The notes beneath the pieces were generated by a model. It searched no databases, was not told the DNA's origin, and saw nothing but the letters and a program-made list of their open reading frames with translations. Positions 18,916 to 20,000 of a DNA stretch of 20,000 nucleotides are shown here, piece by piece; the first letter of the stretch is position 1; each line of letters opens with the position of its first letter. Made by a program: the position numbers and the translations under genes. This DNA is from an uncultured virus (IMG/VR IMGVR_UViG_3300033175_000345) (Duplodnaviria; Heunggongvirae; Uroviricota; Caudoviricetes): the IMG/VR virus record IMGVR_UViG_3300033175_000345, one strand, 5' to 3'.

Positions 18916-19562
18916 TGGCCGGCTCAAGGGCAAGCGCGGAGAAGGTAACATGGTCAGGCCGTGTCATGGCTATTCAGCCTCGCATACGGCTCATACGTTC
19001 CTTTGATGAGCGGTCCCACAACTACTTTGGGTATGTGCTTTGCATCGACGGAACTCGCGGCGGGGAGGCCGGCGAGTTCCTGATTGCGGTCGGTGAAGCT
19101 GCACACGAAAAACACCGGTTTCAGACAGGCATGGAACTGAGCGGTTACTCCGTGCCGGCCGAAGACCCGCGCAAGGAGACGGCGGCGATCTACAAGACGA
19201 GCGGGCTCAAGGTCGTCAGGAATGCCGAGGGTGAAACTCCTGCCGGGCCGCCCTTCCTTGGAGTGCCTCCGAACCTGGCAACCTACCGCAGCCGTGGGCA
19301 TCGCCGTCTGGACGCCCGGACTTACGATACCAAATGCACGACTTGTAATTGGGGCTGCCGGATGCCGGTGGAGATGACCATCGACCAGTGGAATCCGTCA
19401 AAGAAACAGTACCGGTTCGAAACCTTCTGTTACGGCCCGAAAAGCTGCACTTTTTATCGGCCCGGACCCGCGCGGAAAGTTCCGGGACGCAAGGGCATGT
19501 CCTACACCGAGGAAGATTGGGTCGACGAGGACGCCACTGCCCATCGGGGCCCGGATGATTGA
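18915..19562 (+). CDS. Hypothetical Cys-cluster protein
   Basis: 215 aa from ATG 18915, which overlaps the upstream stop; CTTCNWGC and CYGPKSC motifs; GC-rich codon usage. Confidence 0.7.
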   Translation: MAGSRASAEKVTWSGRVMAIQPRIRLIRSFDERSHNYFGYVLCIDGTRGGEAGEFLIAVGEAAHEKHRFQTGMELSGYSVPAEDPRKETAAIYKTSGLKVVRNAEGETPAGPPFLGVPPNLATYRSRGHRRLDARTYDTKCTTCNWGCRMPVEMTIDQWNPSKKQYRFETFCYGPKSCTFYRPGPARKVPGRKGMSYTEEDWVDEDATAHRGPDD

Positions 19563-19602
19563 GGATGAGAACGCCCGATGGTCAAAAAAACGGCAAAGCG
19601 GA

Positions 19603-19645
19603 AATTGGGTAACGCCGAATGAAATGGATAACGAATTGGGTAACG
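19603..19645 (+). repeat. Three 12-bp direct repeats AATTGGGTAACG (one degenerate)
   Basis: AATTGGGTAACG at 19603-19614 and 19634-19645; AAATGGATAACG at 19622-19633. Confidence 0.8.
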
Positions 19646-19672
19646 AGTCGGCCTGCGGAAAGAGGTTGATCT

Positions 19673-19726
19673 TTGCGACAGGTTTGCGACACAACTTGCG
19701 ACAGACTCAAAACTCGACTTGCGACA
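19673..19726 (+). repeat. Four 8-bp direct repeats TTGCGACA
   Basis: Exact copies start at 19673, 19684, 19696 and 19719 (spacing 11, 12 and 23 bp). Confidence 0.85.
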
Positions 19727-19812
19727 TCACCCTTTGGTAGGGTAAATGAGGAAGTGGAATTGCCAGGGCTTCCGGCCTACCGGAGGCCACATGCTCTTTG
19801 ATAGGTTATAGA

Positions 19813-19903
19813 TTCACAACGGTTTTCGGTTAACAGCCGGAGAAGGAGAACCGTTATGAAAAGGGTTGCACATGGGGAGCCAACAACGAATGCAACCCTC
19901 TTC
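19813..19903. repeat. Two adjacent, slightly overlapping inverted repeats
   Basis: TTCACAACGGTTTTC/GAGAACCGTTATGAA (19813-19860) and GAAAAGGGTTGCA/TGCAACCCTCTTC (19858-19903). Confidence 0.65.
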
Positions 19904-19924
19904 GAACCGGTTGCTTATCGGATA

Positions 19925-19960
19925 GAGCCCCGCATCACCGATGTGGGGTTTCGTTTTTCT
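19925..19960 (+). terminator. Probable intrinsic terminator
   Basis: GAGCCCCGCATC-ACC-GATGTGGGGTTT stem (with G-U pairs) followed by CGTTTTTCT. Confidence 0.55.
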
Positions 19961-20000
19961 AAAGGCCGTATTTTCAAATAGTTACGGTTTCGCTGACATT

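Noticed and set aside
19603..19726. CRISPR array or replication iterons
   Set aside because: Repeats are only 8-12 bp with very short irregular spacers; no cas or rep gene in the window.

Overview
A single + strand defence island of tightly packed genes, probably at the right end of an integrative element. (1) 144-14727: a non-canonical BREX-like operon: excisionase-type HTH, RadC-N/BrxA-like fusion, BrxF/BrxB-like protein, a large DPPY-type DNA methyltransferase, an extra gene sharing the methyltransferase's C-terminal domain, a BrxC-like ATPase, PglZ and BrxL. (2) 14769-18536: a lower-GC five-gene cassette encoding a SLATT membrane effector, TGT-like protein, OGG-like glycosylase, QueC and a TIR protein. 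TGT/OGG/QueC is the accessory trio of type IV CBASS, but there is no CD-NTase in the window; a ThsB-like TIR protein with an N-terminal poly-Gly tail stands in its place. This suggests a TIR-signalling immune system controlled by QueC-mediated deazaguanylation and is the main candidate for a new system. (3) 18577-20000: two hypothetical genes, two clusters of short direct repeats resembling integrase arm sites, and a hairpin-rich region with a terminator. Family assignments come from motif recognition by eye; no database search was run.
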